Below are positions 30,675 to 38,432 of a stretch of DNA of 64,000 bases, in pieces; positions within the stretch are counted from its first letter, which is position 1; each line of letters opens with the position of its first letter. The stretch covers positions 229,758 to 293,757 of the forward strand of contig JAISKJ010000003.1 of assembly GCA_031260975.1 (NCBI GenBank), in the 5' to 3' direction. Position numbers and translations under genes: made by a program. The notes below the pieces were generated by a model that made no database searches, was not told the origin of the DNA, and was given only the letters and a program-made list of their open reading frames with translations. Origin of the DNA: Christensenellaceae bacterium (lineage in GTDB: Bacteria > Bacillota > Clostridia > Christensenellales > UBA1242).

Positions 30675-31919
30675 ATGAAAAAGATAAGCGAAGAAAGGAC
30701 TAAAAAAGAACTGTTAAGGTGTCTTGATGCTGACGGATTTATTAGAGATTTAGGAACCAGAAATCCGGCTCTTTATAGCAGATTTAGGGGGCAGGTCAGA
30801 CGTGAAGCTTTGGCGGAAACAGCCGCAAACGGCGATGCTGCTGAGCATTCCTTTGCCTCTTTGTTGGCTGCTCGCATAGAAGAAATAACAGGCTATCCTT
30901 ATGACCCTAACCAAAATCACCTAAGGGAAGAGAAAAATATTCAATTATTTATGGGGCTGATTAATCATTTAGATTATGACGGGGTTATCAGGGTTGAAAG
31001 AGGCGACTTGTTTCATAAAGATTTGACAAATTCCAGCCGTAATTCCAGCTTTCCGACGGGTTTTAAGAAGAATGATTATGTAGAGGCCATAACAGGTTTA
31101 TCCTATGACAGCGGTATGCGTTTTAGAGATGAAGAGGGTTTTATAGGTTATGTAGACAAACTTGCGCAGGAAAATGGCGGTTGTATTGACATATTGAGAG
31201 AGGCGCGTTCCGACATAACTAATTTTTGGAATTATGCGTATAGAAATGACATGTCACAGTACGCTTATGCTAAGAGCCATGGATGGTATTTCAGTAAAGG
31301 CTACATGGATATAGATGCAGTGGCATACGCAAAGTATAAACTTCATCAGCCTGAATTTCCTGATTTTGAAACTAATGGGAATTGGTTTAAAGATTGCACA
31401 GGGCTACGCGAGCGTGACAGGAGCTTATATAATCTTGTATCATCAATAAAAAGAAGTTTTCCCGAGTACGCCAACGGTACTATATCGGATATGCTGTTAA
31501 AGTGGGGTTGTTGGGATCCTCCTAAACAACTGAATCAGGATGGACCAATAATACATACTGATGAACATGTTGATGAGTTGATAGAAAAATCGGTTAAAAA
31601 ATATGGCCGCTTAAGTGTCACTCGTGACGACGAATTGGGAACGGGTCTGGCAACTCTTTCAAGAAGAGAATGTAAAAGTAATAAGGAAGTAGCTGAAAAG
31701 AAAGGAGTTATTACTGATAATCTATATGATATGGATCCGGAAAAATATCGCTTAACAAGTATGGAATATAATAATACTGAGGAATTAATGGAGCTTGAAA
31801 GCATTAAGGAAACTGATTTGTATAAATATTTTTGCAAAGAAACCAAGGATTTGTATGCTCGCAACCGAAACTGGATAAAAGAAAACGGATATAGCGATAA
31901 AACCGGAACTTTGATTTAG
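30675..31919 (+). CDS. Hypothetical protein (414 aa); no family recognised
   Basis: Long ORF with its own promoter, G-rich SD and terminator. No TM or catalytic motif recognised. Confidence 0.6.
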   Translation: MKKISEERTKKELLRCLDADGFIRDLGTRNPALYSRFRGQVRREALAETAANGDAAEHSFASLLAARIEEITGYPYDPNQNHLREEKNIQLFMGLINHLDYDGVIRVERGDLFHKDLTNSSRNSSFPTGFKKNDYVEAITGLSYDSGMRFRDEEGFIGYVDKLAQENGGCIDILREARSDITNFWNYAYRNDMSQYAYAKSHGWYFSKGYMDIDAVAYAKYKLHQPEFPDFETNGNWFKDCTGLRERDRSLYNLVSSIKRSFPEYANGTISDMLLKWGCWDPPKQLNQDGPIIHTDEHVDELIEKSVKKYGRLSVTRDDELGTGLATLSRRECKSNKEVAEKKGVITDNLYDMDPEKYRLTSMEYNNTEELMELESIKETDLYKYFCKETKDLYARNRNWIKENGYSDKTGTLI

Positions 31920-31931
31920 GAATTTTAAGAG

Positions 31932-31957
31932 AAAAAAACACCTAAAGGTGTTTTTTT
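31932..31957. terminator. Bidirectional intrinsic terminator
   Basis: AAAAAAACACC-taaa-GGTGTTTTTTT between convergent genes. Confidence 0.75.
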
Positions 31958-31958
31958 A

Positions 31959-32597
31959 TTATAGTGCTGATGGGAAGATTGGAAGACTCATTGCACCGCT
32001 GCATATTTGTTGGGTGTAGTCTTTGCATTGGGGCGGAGTGCTGTAACCGTAGGTGGGAACGAGAATGTCGGCGTTTACCACAACTTTAGCTACAACTGTC
32101 ATACAACACGATATTGAGAATGTGCTGCCTTCAACAAAATTGCCGATTGCGCCGTTGATTGAACCGAAAACTTCTATTGAATATGGTGTGATTGCAGGCT
32201 GCGGAACAAATAAGACCACATCCAGGCTTGACGTAAGTATACCTTCACCCGAGCCGGGTACGCCGTTGGCGTCAGTATAGCTGATTGTTATCGGAATTGT
32301 AACATTGGCGGAAACTCTTGCAAAGTTTGGTTTGTCAAGAAGTCTGTCAACCACAAGATTGCTGATTTCGGCAGGGCCATTATTTCCGGCACTGACAAAA
32401 GTTAGCGGAAGAGCAGGATTTATCGGAGTAAGGTTTGTTATTGTAACCTGAACATTTTGAAGCTGTGTTTGTTTCATGCAGGCGTCAAGAACTTTGTTGA
32501 CTTCAATTACAGCCCGTTCACAAATTCCGTTTAGTGCGTTTCCGTTGAGCGGCCCGGGGCAGTTACCTCTGCTGTTGCCGCAAGTATAATAAGACAT
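31959..32597 (-). CDS. Hypothetical Cys-containing beta-rich protein (212 aa)
   Basis: Strong SD AAGGAGG. N-terminal CGNSRGNCPGP...GICERAVIEVNKVLDAC and C-terminal ISCC / PPQC / QQIC cysteines. No family recognised. Confidence 0.6.
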   Translation of the reverse strand: MSYYTCGNSRGNCPGPLNGNALNGICERAVIEVNKVLDACMKQTQLQNVQVTITNLTPINPALPLTFVSAGNNGPAEISNLVVDRLLDKPNFARVSANVTIPITISYTDANGVPGSGEGILTSSLDVVLFVPQPAITPYSIEVFGSINGAIGNFVEGSTFSISCCMTVVAKVVVNADILVPTYGYSTPPQCKDYTQQICSGAMSLPIFPSAL

Positions 32598-32735
32598 AAA
32601 AAATACCTCCTTTTTTAAATATATGAAAACTGTTTTTTAATTGTTACAAAGGAGGGTTGGGCAGCGCATATATATATCCGTTCACTTAAAAATGGGTATT
32701 TACAAAGTGCCCAAAAGATGATAATATATAAGTAC

Positions 32736-32764
32736 TTGTCAAGCAGGCCAAAATGTGGCATAAT
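32736..32764 (+). promoter_or_regulatory. Promoter abutting the phosphoesterase start codon
   Basis: TTGTCA (32736-32741), 17-nt spacer, extended -10 TGgCATAAT (32756-32764). The ATG at 32771 is 6 nt after the -10. Confidence 0.55.
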
Positions 32765-32770
32765 GGATAT

Positions 32771-33475
32771 ATGAAAGTTTTTGCAATTAGTGATTTGCAT
32801 ATGTCTATAAACAATCCAAAGCCTATGGATATTTTTGGGCCGGTCTGGGATAATTATCTTGACGATATATGGGCCGATTGGCGAAAAAAAGTTACTGATG
32901 ATGATGTTGTAATAGTGGCAGGTGACATAAGTTGGGCTATGACTCTTGAAAATGCTCAGGCTGACCTAAAACTTCTTTCAGAAAACGCCGGCAAAAAGAT
33001 AATCATACGTGGTAACCATGACTATTGGTGGAGTAGCATATCAAAGCTGAGAAGTACTTTGCCGCAAAAGATGTATGCCATTCAAAACGACTGCCTGAAA
33101 TTTGGAGATGTAATTTTTTGCGGAACAAGAGGTTGGATGGTGCCGGAGGGTAGCGGACCTATGGGGCCGCAGAACCAAAAAATTTTTGAAAGAGAAGTTA
33201 TCAGGCTGGAGCTTACGCTAAAGGCTGCCAAAGAGCAGCAGACAAACGGCGAAAAAATAGTCTGCATAATGCATTATCCGCCGTTTAACAAAAGGCAGGA
33301 TGACAGCGCATTTACCAAACTTCTTGAAGATTACGGTGTGCACAGTGTTATATATGGGCATTTGCATGGGGCAAAATATATAAAAAATCCAATCAAACTT
33401 GTTAAAAGTGGCATACCATACTACCTGACATCTTGCGACTTGCTGCAAAATAAGCTGATAGAAATAGAAATTTAA
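32771..33475 (+). CDS. Calcineurin-like metallophosphoesterase
   Basis: MKVFAISDLH..., GDISW, GNHDYWW, HYPP and GHLH motifs. The start is set at ATG 32771. Confidence 0.8.
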   Translation: MKVFAISDLHMSINNPKPMDIFGPVWDNYLDDIWADWRKKVTDDDVVIVAGDISWAMTLENAQADLKLLSENAGKKIIIRGNHDYWWSSISKLRSTLPQKMYAIQNDCLKFGDVIFCGTRGWMVPEGSGPMGPQNQKIFEREVIRLELTLKAAKEQQTNGEKIVCIMHYPPFNKRQDDSAFTKLLEDYGVHSVIYGHLHGAKYIKNPIKLVKSGIPYYLTSCDLLQNKLIEIEI

Positions 33476-33485
33476 GGGGGAGCAT

Positions 33486-34034
33486 ATGAAAAACATATTT
33501 ATACTTCACGGAACGGAAAAAACTTTTTACGGAGCTACTTTTGACAAAGTAAACAAATACTTTGCTGAGCGCGGCAGACAAGTTTATGTGCCGACATTGC
33601 CTACTGTTCAGGGAATGAACTACAAAAATTGGGAGAAAGTTCTTGAAGGCTTTTTGGATGCGGGGCTTATAACCAAAGATACCACTTTTGTTTGTCACGG
33701 AATTGCTGCGGTGTTTTTGGTAAAATTTATTTTGCGTCATAAGTCAAATATTAAAAGAGCGGTTTTGGTAGACGGATTTTATGCTCCGACTGGCGACGCA
33801 AGCATAGACAGTGCTTATGCCGACTTTTTTGAGATTGACCTGCGCTCGTTTAAGGAATATTGTTCTGAGCGAATTTGTATATATGCCCAGAACGGCAACA
33901 AAACCGTAAGCTTTGATGTGCTAAAAACCTTTGCCGACTTTATTTATGCCGAGAGCGTATATAACCAAGGCGGAAACTCCGAAGTAATTGCAGCTACTCT
34001 TGAGCAGATTATAAGATATGTAAACCGCAGATAA
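33486..34034 (+). CDS. Putative alpha/beta-fold protein (YdeN/RBBP9-like); nucleophile motif degenerate
   Basis: 182 aa starting IFILHG. The position of the expected GxSxG reads CHGIA, with no Ser. The family call is tentative. Confidence 0.35.
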   Translation: MKNIFILHGTEKTFYGATFDKVNKYFAERGRQVYVPTLPTVQGMNYKNWEKVLEGFLDAGLITKDTTFVCHGIAAVFLVKFILRHKSNIKRAVLVDGFYAPTGDASIDSAYADFFEIDLRSFKEYCSERICIYAQNGNKTVSFDVLKTFADFIYAESVYNQGGNSEVIAATLEQIIRYVNRR

Positions 34035-34050
34035 TCAATATTTCAACTTA

Positions 34051-34078
34051 AAAACCTCACCAAACGGTGAGGTTTTTT
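34051..34078 (+). terminator. Intrinsic terminator
   Basis: AAAACCTCACC-aaac-GGTGAGGTTTTTT. Confidence 0.8.
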
Positions 34079-34270
34079 GCGGGTATGCACCTGCCGGCGA
34101 TATTGGTCAAACGTGAAAACCTAATTTAATGTAAAAATAGATAAATGTGTTTTATCTACTTTGTGGTCTGCAGAATTTTTCAGTGATACTTATTGCACCG
34201 CTATAATAGAGGAGAAAAGAGGGAAAGGGTGAGGTATTTTTATGATTTGTGCATGTGCACAAAATTTTTT

Positions 34271-34317
34271 AAAAGTGGTCAAAAGTGGTTGAAAGTGGTC
34301 AAAAATTATGCTACAAT
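34271..34317 (+). promoter_or_regulatory. Pmra promoter overlapped by three MraZ-box direct repeats
   Basis: AAAAGTGGTC AAAAGTGGTT GAAAGTGGTC, i.e. AAAGTGG with 3-nt spacers and a 10-bp period (34271-34300). TTGAAA (34289-34294), 17-nt spacer, extended -10 TGcTACAAT (34309-34317). Confidence 0.6.
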
Positions 34318-34423
34318 ATCCGTAACGTCAGAATAGGCCCTTTCTATTTTAGGTCAGTTCTGTCAAGAAGCGTAAATTGTGAGGGTTTTGTCTCAAGTAA
34401 ATGAGCGCTTTAAAAGGAGAGTT

Positions 34424-34855
34424 ATGTTAAGCGGAGAGTTTAAGCATGTGGCCGATGAAAAATTCAGACTGCGCCTGCCGCCTAAGTTCAAAAAAGAACT
34501 AGGGTCAGGTTATGTTGTCACGCGCGGAAACGACGGGTGTCTGTTTGTGTTTTCTCACGAACAGCTCGAAGCACTTCTTAACAAAACTTCTTCAATTCCA
34601 ATGTTCAGTAGCAATCTCCAACAGCCGCTGAGGCTTTTGTATTCATCAGCCTATGAAGTTGCTGAGGACAATCAGGGGAGGTTCCTGCTTCCGCAAAGCT
34701 TGAGAGACGCGGCAGCCATCAAAAAGGAAGTATATTTTGTGGGTGTTGGCACACGTGCCGAAATTTGGAGCGCCGAGCGGTGGGAGGAGTATAAAAAACA
34801 GGGTAGCGTAAACTTTGACGATATAGTAGAAGAGCTGGGCAAATATGGAATTTAG
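34424..34855 (+). CDS. mraZ: Transcriptional regulator MraZ
   Basis: MLSGEFKHVADEKFRLRLPPKFKKEL... with a duplicated SpoVT/AbrB-like half (DNQGRFLLPQSLR). The start is set at ATG 34424 (SD AAAGGAGAG) rather than GTG 34379. Confidence 0.9.
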   Translation: MLSGEFKHVADEKFRLRLPPKFKKELGSGYVVTRGNDGCLFVFSHEQLEALLNKTSSIPMFSSNLQQPLRLLYSSAYEVAEDNQGRFLLPQSLRDAAAIKKEVYFVGVGTRAEIWSAERWEEYKKQGSVNFDDIVEELGKYGI

Positions 34856-35777
34856 GCATATACCGGTTTTATTTGATGAGTGCATTGAGGCTCTTAGTAT
34901 AAAATCCAGCGGCATATATGTTGACGCCACTATGGGCGGAGCGGGCCACAGTTGCGGCATTATAAACAAATTAAGTTCGCGTGGCACATTTGTGGGTATT
35001 GACAAAGACGCCGAGGCTATAGCCGCTGCAACTCAAAAACTAAAGTATGTCAAATGCAAGGCTCATATAATCAAAAGCGACTTCAAAAACTATGCTCAGA
35101 TTTTGAAGGACTTAAATTTAACGGGCGTTGACGGTGTGCTTATAGACCTGGGAGTATCATCCCATCAGATTGACAGCAGTGAGAGGGGTTTTAGTTATAA
35201 TCAAGACGGCCCGCTTGATATGCGGATGAATAGAGATGACAAAACTAGTGCCAAAGATATAGTAAACACCTATAGCGAAGAAGAGCTCACAAAGATATTT
35301 TTTAAATATGGTGAGGAACCATTAAGCCGCAGGATTGCAAAAAAGATTGTAAGTGAGCGAAAAGAAAGAGAAATCAAAACAACCGTGCAGCTTGCGGATA
35401 TAATAAAAGGCGCAGTACCTATTAAACTTCAGCTTAAAAACAACAGTGTGGCAAAAATATTTCAGGCTTTGAGAATTGAAACCAATCATGAGCTGAAAGA
35501 CTTAGATAAGTGTCTTGAAGATATGATAACAAGTCTGAATTCAGGCGGCAGACTTTGCGTGATAAGCTTTCATTCGCTTGAAGACAGAATTGTAAAGAAT
35601 ATATTTAGAAAAGAAAGCACGGATTGCTTATGTGACAAAAATTTGCCGATATGCGTGTGCAAGCACAAGGCAAGCGTGAAACTCATAAACAAAAAACCTA
35701 TAGAAGCTAACCCGAAAGAAACAGAACAAAACAAACGAAGCAGCTCGGCAAAGTTAAGAATCTGCGAAAAATTATGA
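34845..35777 (+). CDS. rsmH: 16S rRNA (cytosine1402-N4)-methyltransferase RsmH
   Basis: HIPVLFDECIEAL, DATMGGAGHS and SFHSLEDRIVK. Confidence 0.9.
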   Translation: MEFRHIPVLFDECIEALSIKSSGIYVDATMGGAGHSCGIINKLSSRGTFVGIDKDAEAIAAATQKLKYVKCKAHIIKSDFKNYAQILKDLNLTGVDGVLIDLGVSSHQIDSSERGFSYNQDGPLDMRMNRDDKTSAKDIVNTYSEEELTKIFFKYGEEPLSRRIAKKIVSERKEREIKTTVQLADIIKGAVPIKLQLKNNSVAKIFQALRIETNHELKDLDKCLEDMITSLNSGGRLCVISFHSLEDRIVKNIFRKESTDCLCDKNLPICVCKHKASVKLINKKPIEANPKETEQNKRSSSAKLRICEKL

Positions 35778-35807
35778 CAAAAACAAAATAAAAAAGGAGG
35801 CGTTTTA

Positions 35808-36404
35808 ATGTTAAAAAGCACATATGATATAGACCAGGCAAACATATCCAAAATGGAAAGCGTCAGCAAGGTTGCGCAAGAGCAATTAGAACGCTTCAAT
35901 CAGACCAGCACTGAAGCATATAATCAGATGCGCAGTGACTTAATGGAAGTAGAGGCTCCGGCGCAGACGGCTTATGAGCTTGAGGTCTATGAGCCCGAGG
36001 GGCTTCCGACTATTATAAATGAAAATAAACAGATTTCTGCCGTCGAACAGACGGTTGCATTTAAGCTTAATCTGCGAGGCAAGCTTATTGTTGCCATTAC
36101 GGCGTCTATTTTGGCGCTCCTTAGCATATTATTGATATATAATGCAATATCAATCAGTAATTACAACACTCAGATATTGGCCAGCCAGCAGGAGCTTGTA
36201 ATTGAGCAGGAAAGGTATAATACCTTGATGACGGAGCTTGAAGCTCTGATAGATGGTATCTCGCCCGAGGCTCTGGGAATGACGCAAAATATACCTTCGG
36301 TGGGTCTTGGCGGAGTGACTGTCGGGACTACCGAAACATATAGTGCGCCCACAAACTGGTTTGATGCATTATGCAACTTTATTGCAAGTATTTTTGGAGG
36401 CTAA
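35808..36404 (+). CDS. FtsL-like bitopic cell-division protein
   Basis: Single TM (LIVAITASILALLSILLIYNAI) followed by a coiled-coil segment. It sits between rsmH and the class B PBP. Confidence 0.5.
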   Translation: MLKSTYDIDQANISKMESVSKVAQEQLERFNQTSTEAYNQMRSDLMEVEAPAQTAYELEVYEPEGLPTIINENKQISAVEQTVAFKLNLRGKLIVAITASILALLSILLIYNAISISNYNTQILASQQELVIEQERYNTLMTELEALIDGISPEALGMTQNIPSVGLGGVTVGTTETYSAPTNWFDALCNFIASIFGG

Positions 36405-38291
36405 ATGCATTTCTCATTATTAAGTTTACAAAAGAGGTTATTGGTATTGGTTTTACTGATAACCTTTATTTTTTGTGCGCTGTTCATTAGACTATTTGTA
36501 ATCGGCGGCATTTACAGTGACAATCTTATGATTAAGGCAGCACCTCAATGGGTGCGTAGTCTTCCGCTGTCAGCTAAGCGTGGCAGTATTATAGATAGCA
36601 GTGGCTGCACTCTGGTGCACTCCCATACCTTATATGACGTGTATGTGCGGGCAAAAAACGTGGAGAATCCCGAAGAAGTTACGCGGTTTTTATCCGCTCT
36701 TTTAGGTCTTGATTATCAAAGCCTTTATAAAAAAGTTACCAATAAAGGTGTGAGTGAGGTTTTGATTAAGCTTGACATAGACGATGAAACCGCTCACATA
36801 ATTATGGATAAAAGCCTTAAGGGCATAGTGCTTGGTGAAAATATTGGAAGAAACTATAATAATGGCAATTTTTTAAGTCAGGTTTTAGGTTTTATTACAG
36901 TTGACAATGTGGGGCAGGCGGGGCTTGAAGCATATTATAACACTTTTCTAAAGGGAGTTGACGGCAAGGTCCTCAACCAAAGTGATGTTAAGGGTATTGA
37001 GATTGAAGATACGCTAAAATATTTTATTGAACCTGTTGCCGGACTGAATTTGCAGCTTAATATTGACAGCAGCATTCAAAAAATTGTTGAGGGTGTGCTT
37101 GGCGAAATTATGACGGAACACAACCCTAAATCGGTTTCGGCAATTGTTATGGATACTCAGGGCAGAATTGTTTCAATGGCAAAAACGCCATCGCTTGACA
37201 ACAATAATTTGCCGAGAGATGATGTTAAAATGCTTATGGAATACACTAAAAACTCCATGATAACCGACATCTATGAGCCGGGTTCAACCTTCAAAATTCT
37301 GACATTGGCAGCGGCCTTGAGTGAAGGACTGACAAACGTAAATGAGTATTTCTATTGCCCGGGATATAGAATTGTGTCAGGGGAGAAGATAAAGTGCTGG
37401 AAAACTACGGGACATGGCTCACAGACATTGGTGGAGGGAGTCAGAAATTCGTGCAACTGTGTGTTTATGGATTTGGCAATGAGGCTTGGGGCGGATAAGT
37501 TATATCAATATCTCACTGCCTTTGGTCTGGGTTCTCCTACGGGTGTAGACTTTTTGGGTGAAAGCGGCGGAATTATTATGCCAAAGCAAAGTATTCAGCC
37601 CGTTGACCTTGCGCGCATTGGTTTTGGGCAAGCGGTGGCCACAACTCAGCTGCAGCTGCTGAGTGCCTTTACGGCGGCGGTAAATGGCGGTATGCTTTAT
37701 CAGCCATATTTTGTTGACAATATTTATACCGATGCAGGCGTAAAGGTTCAGCAGAATATGCCTATCAAAAAGAAGCAGGTCATAAGTCCGCAGGTGAGTG
37801 AGACAATAAATTATCTGTTGTATAACGTGGTCAACAAGGGCGAGGGGCAGGACTTTTTAAGCGGCTATGATATAGGCGGAAAAACAGGAACTGCGCAGAA
37901 ATATGAAAACGGCAAAATCGCTCAGGGTAAGTATGTATCAAGCTTTTTTGGAATGTATCCAACCAAAAATCCGCAGTTTGCAATACTTCTTTGCGTGGAT
38001 GAACCCGGAAACGGTGTGTATTATGGCAGCGTAGTTGCGTCTCCGTTTGCAAAAAAAATATTTGAGGGAATCTTTGAATATAAAAATATATGCCCCAATA
38101 CTGCTACTGCGGCGACCACAAGTGTTGAAGTGCCAAATCTCGTGGGAATGAGTTTGTCTGCAGCAAACATTTTGCTGAACAATCTGGGGTTTTATATGGA
38201 GCTTGACGGCGAAGGGCTGTATGTTAAAAACCAATATCCGAGAGCAGGCACAGTTCTTAGCCGTGGAAGCGATGTTATGGTCATGACGTAG
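36405..38291 (+). CDS. Class B penicillin-binding protein (FtsI/PBP2B/SpoVD type) with C-terminal PASTA domain
   Basis: Active-site STFK (YEPGSTFK), SxN (NSCN) and KTGT (GGKTGTAQ). PASTA-like VEVPNLVGMSLSAANILLNNLGF. Confidence 0.85.
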   Translation: MHFSLLSLQKRLLVLVLLITFIFCALFIRLFVIGGIYSDNLMIKAAPQWVRSLPLSAKRGSIIDSSGCTLVHSHTLYDVYVRAKNVENPEEVTRFLSALLGLDYQSLYKKVTNKGVSEVLIKLDIDDETAHIIMDKSLKGIVLGENIGRNYNNGNFLSQVLGFITVDNVGQAGLEAYYNTFLKGVDGKVLNQSDVKGIEIEDTLKYFIEPVAGLNLQLNIDSSIQKIVEGVLGEIMTEHNPKSVSAIVMDTQGRIVSMAKTPSLDNNNLPRDDVKMLMEYTKNSMITDIYEPGSTFKILTLAAALSEGLTNVNEYFYCPGYRIVSGEKIKCWKTTGHGSQTLVEGVRNSCNCVFMDLAMRLGADKLYQYLTAFGLGSPTGVDFLGESGGIIMPKQSIQPVDLARIGFGQAVATTQLQLLSAFTAAVNGGMLYQPYFVDNIYTDAGVKVQQNMPIKKKQVISPQVSETINYLLYNVVNKGEGQDFLSGYDIGGKTGTAQKYENGKIAQGKYVSSFFGMYPTKNPQFAILLCVDEPGNGVYYGSVVASPFAKKIFEGIFEYKNICPNTATAATTSVEVPNLVGMSLSAANILLNNLGFYMELDGEGLYVKNQYPRAGTVLSRGSDVMVMT

Positions 38292-38292
38292 G

Positions 38293-38402
38293 CTTAAACT
38301 GTGAATAACAAAATTGTGCACTTCAAAAAATTTACAGCGTTCAAGAAGTAATAAAAATGTAAATTTTTTGTGCATTAGCAATTTTGTTATTCACAGTTTA
38401 AG
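38293..38402. repeat. 110-nt near-perfect inverted repeat (long hairpin) between the PBP gene and murE
   Basis: A 24-bp perfect stem CTTAAACTGTGAATAACAAAATTG / CAATTTTGTTATTCACAGTTTAAG, a 5-bp stem TGCAC/GTGCA, a 12-bp perfect stem AAAAAATTTACA / TGTAAATTTTTT and a 21-nt apical loop. No flanking T-run. Confidence 0.6.
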
Positions 38403-38432
38403 AAAAATGAGCGAGGGAAGGAGGAGGGGGAT

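Noticed and set aside
34242-34292. A 16-codon mini-ORF (MICACAQNFLKVVKSG) with strong SD GGTGAGG lies upstream of mraZ.
   Set aside because: It overlaps the MraZ boxes and the -35 of Pmra. It would be transcribed only from a hypothetical upstream promoter. It is too short to support as a gene and is mentioned only in the repeat-family finding.
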